Shown one piece after another: positions 62,368 to 64,000 of a stretch of DNA of 64,000 bases (within the stretch, counting starts at the first letter, position 1; every line of letters starts with the position of its first letter). Under the pieces are notes generated by a model. That model had not been told where the DNA came from. It did no database searches and was given only the letters and a program-made list of their open reading frames with translations. The position numbers and the translations under genes were made by a program. This stretch comes from Escherichia phage OliverMaurmann_Bas86, in the sequence record PQ850622.1; one strand, 5' to 3'.

Positions 62368-62502
62368 TGTGAGGTGGACTTTATGGGTATGCCTTTATGA
62401 GATCCCCTTTACATCAGCGTACATGGGTTTATACATGGGTGGGCCTTTAGATGAGTACGCCTTTATGGGTTGATCACTCTCGTTTATCAGAGGAGAACAA
62501 AT

Positions 62503-62751
62503 ATGTTTCTAGACTTTTTATCAGAGGTACTTCCCTACTTCCGCACTGAGAAATGTGCATTTGTATTTGATGAAGGGGAGGAGTCAATGACTTGTTTGGG
62601 TAGATTAGTAGACCTAGACGATGATGAAGATTTTGATGCTACGATGGACATTAGTTCATTGGGCTGGTTGTACATGAGATGCTTTGTAAGTTACAAGGCT
62701 GAAACGTTTAAAGATTATCGCTATAGCGCTGAAGGAGAGAATGATGAATAA
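62503..62751 (+). CDS. Acidic hypothetical protein
   Basis: ATG at 62503 behind gaggag. D/E-rich. Confidence 0.5.
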   Translation: MFLDFLSEVLPYFRTEKCAFVFDEGEESMTCLGRLVDLDDDEDFDATMDISSLGWLYMRCFVSYKAETFKDYRYSAEGENDE

Positions 62752-63400
62752 CAATATGACAGGAACTAATACACTGAATGCAATCTACGAGAACATGGGA
62801 TGTAAAGGCGAGGTTGTTTACAATGGTAATCTCCGTCCTTTATCAGAGGACACTTTCTATCTGAATCGTGTTCATGAAACTACTGGAGGTCAGTCCCGAG
62901 TTGAGATGGCAAAACAATTGGCTCATGGTTCTGTGTATGGTTATGCTCCTTCAACCCGTGAAATATGGGAAGGTTTGATTCCTTGTACAGAAGCTAAAGA
63001 TGTGAAAGATTATTTCACTGTAGCGAAAGAAGTTAAACGTAAGTGTCCGTCCAATTTAGAAGTTGTTCCGTATGTAGCTGACAAACATGCACACCTACCG
63101 GACTATGCCCGTGAGATGATTGAGATGATAGAAGAGGCTGAGTATGAAGCTCTGAATAATTATTTAAATTCAAAAGAGCAATGGTCTCGTAATGTAGTAA
63201 TTGACGAAGAAGGTAATGAAGTTGTAACGTGGGTGCATGTTAGTGAACAAGCTCTGGACCCCGAGCTTGAAGAATACAAAAAATTTTTGGCGTCCTCTTC
63301 TTTTGAGGTAGAGAATGACAAATCTATTCCAGTTAGCTGGGAAGGTGAAACTGTAGCTCTCCAGACTTTGTTCAACCTACACGTAGGTGATGTAGACTAA
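62741..63400 (+). CDS. Hypothetical protein
   Basis: 219-aa ORF with RBS aaggagag. Confidence 0.55.
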   Translation: MMNNNMTGTNTLNAIYENMGCKGEVVYNGNLRPLSEDTFYLNRVHETTGGQSRVEMAKQLAHGSVYGYAPSTREIWEGLIPCTEAKDVKDYFTVAKEVKRKCPSNLEVVPYVADKHAHLPDYAREMIEMIEEAEYEALNNYLNSKEQWSRNVVIDEEGNEVVTWVHVSEQALDPELEEYKKFLASSSFEVENDKSIPVSWEGETVALQTLFNLHVGDVD

Positions 63401-63411
63401 TAAAAGGTGTT

Positions 63412-63437
63412 GCCTCCTCTCGTGGGAGGCTTTTTGT
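63412..63437 (+). terminator. Rho-independent terminator
   Basis: GCCTCC-tctcgtg-GGAGGC followed by TTTTTGTTG. Confidence 0.8.
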
Positions 63438-63465
63438 TGTAACGATAATGTAGAAGGAGTATAAG

Positions 63466-63933
63466 ATGTTTGGAGAAAAAGGAGAACTCACGCCTGCACA
63501 GGTAGCTGAGATTACAGGAAGACTGCCCGGAGTAACGGAAGAACTTGAATCCAAGGGCATGGAACCAAGCACAGGGAAGTTCACTAAAGGTAATAAATTT
63601 GGACGTCCCAAAGGTAGTAGAGGTAAATTGACACAGCTCATGCTCGATCGTGTTGCTGCTAGTCACCTGTCTCCCGATGAAGTGTTGATTCAGATTTATG
63701 AAGATCCAAATATTCCACCTGATCTTAGATTCAAGGCTGCAAGTAAAGTCGCTGATCTGGTATATCCTAAGGCAGCTTCTGTTGAGGTTAAGATTGAGGA
63801 AGAGAATGTAATCAATGAAGAGTCACTGAACGCACAGATTCGAGACTTCTTGACTGGTGCACTGAAAGTGGATGTGCTACCTCCAGAGGACTCTGAGGAC
63901 GCTGAAAAGGAGGAGGAAGCGGACGAGAGTTAA
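63466..63933 (+). CDS. Terminase small subunit-like protein
   Basis: ..GNKFGRPKGSRGKLTQ..PDEVL..RFKAASKVADLVYPK resembles the GN-x-x-GRPKG..R..AA..L-x-x-Y-x-x-PK pattern of many small terminases. Located at the start of the rightward operon. Confidence 0.5.
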   Translation: MFGEKGELTPAQVAEITGRLPGVTEELESKGMEPSTGKFTKGNKFGRPKGSRGKLTQLMLDRVAASHLSPDEVLIQIYEDPNIPPDLRFKAASKVADLVYPKAASVEVKIEEENVINEESLNAQIRDFLTGALKVDVLPPEDSEDAEKEEEADES

Positions 63934-63962
63934 TAGGAATAAAGGGGAGGGTTCTTTTCGCG

Positions 63963-63983
63963 AGGGATCTCTCCCTTTTTTTA
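63963..63983 (+). terminator. Rho-independent terminator
   Basis: AGGGA-tctc-TCCCT followed by TTTTTTTATTTT. Confidence 0.6.
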
Positions 63984-64000
63984 TTTTATTGGAGGAATAT

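Larger units (their letters stand above)
61446..62471 (+). repeat. Dispersed array of about 13 co-oriented A(T/C)GGGT(A/G/T) iterons
   Basis: Copies start at 61446, 61474, 61504, 61534, 61899, 61928, 61956, 61971, 62349, 62383, 62423, 62435 and 62465. The last cluster extends to GCCTTTATGGGT. Confidence 0.7.

Noticed and set aside
63446-63454. TAATGTAGA upstream of the small-terminase-like gene as a phage promoter
   Set aside because: It lies only 12 nt from the ATG, so a transcript starting there would lack the AAGGAG RBS. It also matches only 8 of 9 positions.
1-64000. Search for lysogeny or mobile-element modules (integrase, repressor, transposase, att-like repeats)
   Set aside because: None was recognised. 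The only mobile-type genes are free-standing HNH homing endonucleases.

Overview
This window is most of a lytic, tailed enterobacterial phage genome. By gene content it looks phiEco32-like (Kuravirus-like), but that comes from motif reading only; no database search was possible. The layout is as follows. (i) 1-17.4 kb, plus strand: late and virion genes, including tail fibers, a GH24 endolysin, a Big_2-domain protein, an SLT transglycosylase, Q/N-rich proteins and a 1481-aa internal protein. (ii) 17.5-49.3 kb, minus strand: middle genes. These include a DUF2829/Tad2-like protein, FEN exonuclease, a P-loop kinase, an ECF-like sigma factor, spanins, SSB, a split family-A DNA polymerase, PhoH, a ThyX-like protein, thioredoxin, a Dps-like protein, Dcd and primase-helicase. 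A 10-kb cluster of amide-bond-forming enzymes also lies here (GGCT-like, ATP-grasp, Ntn-GATase, Amidoligase_2, phiEco32-type COOH-NH2 ligase). (iii) 49.3-61.3 kb, minus strand: an early region of very small genes, one tRNA-Arg(UCU), a ProQ/FinO-like protein, many sense-oriented intrinsic terminators and long ORF-free structured stretches. (iv) 61.2-62.5 kb: a non-coding iteron and A-rich region. (v) 62.2-64 kb, plus strand: the start of the rightward operon, with a small-terminase-like gene. The most notable observations are: four rrn-type boxA (GCTCTTTAACAA) antiterminator mimics behind tandem near-consensus sigma70 promoters; the amidoligase cluster, including a GATase whose catalytic Cys is only encoded if translation starts at ATT; a recurring AATGTATATA promoter-like 10-mer next to a phage sigma factor; and a covarying repeated non-coding element. 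No CRISPR array, rRNA, integrase or transposase was seen.
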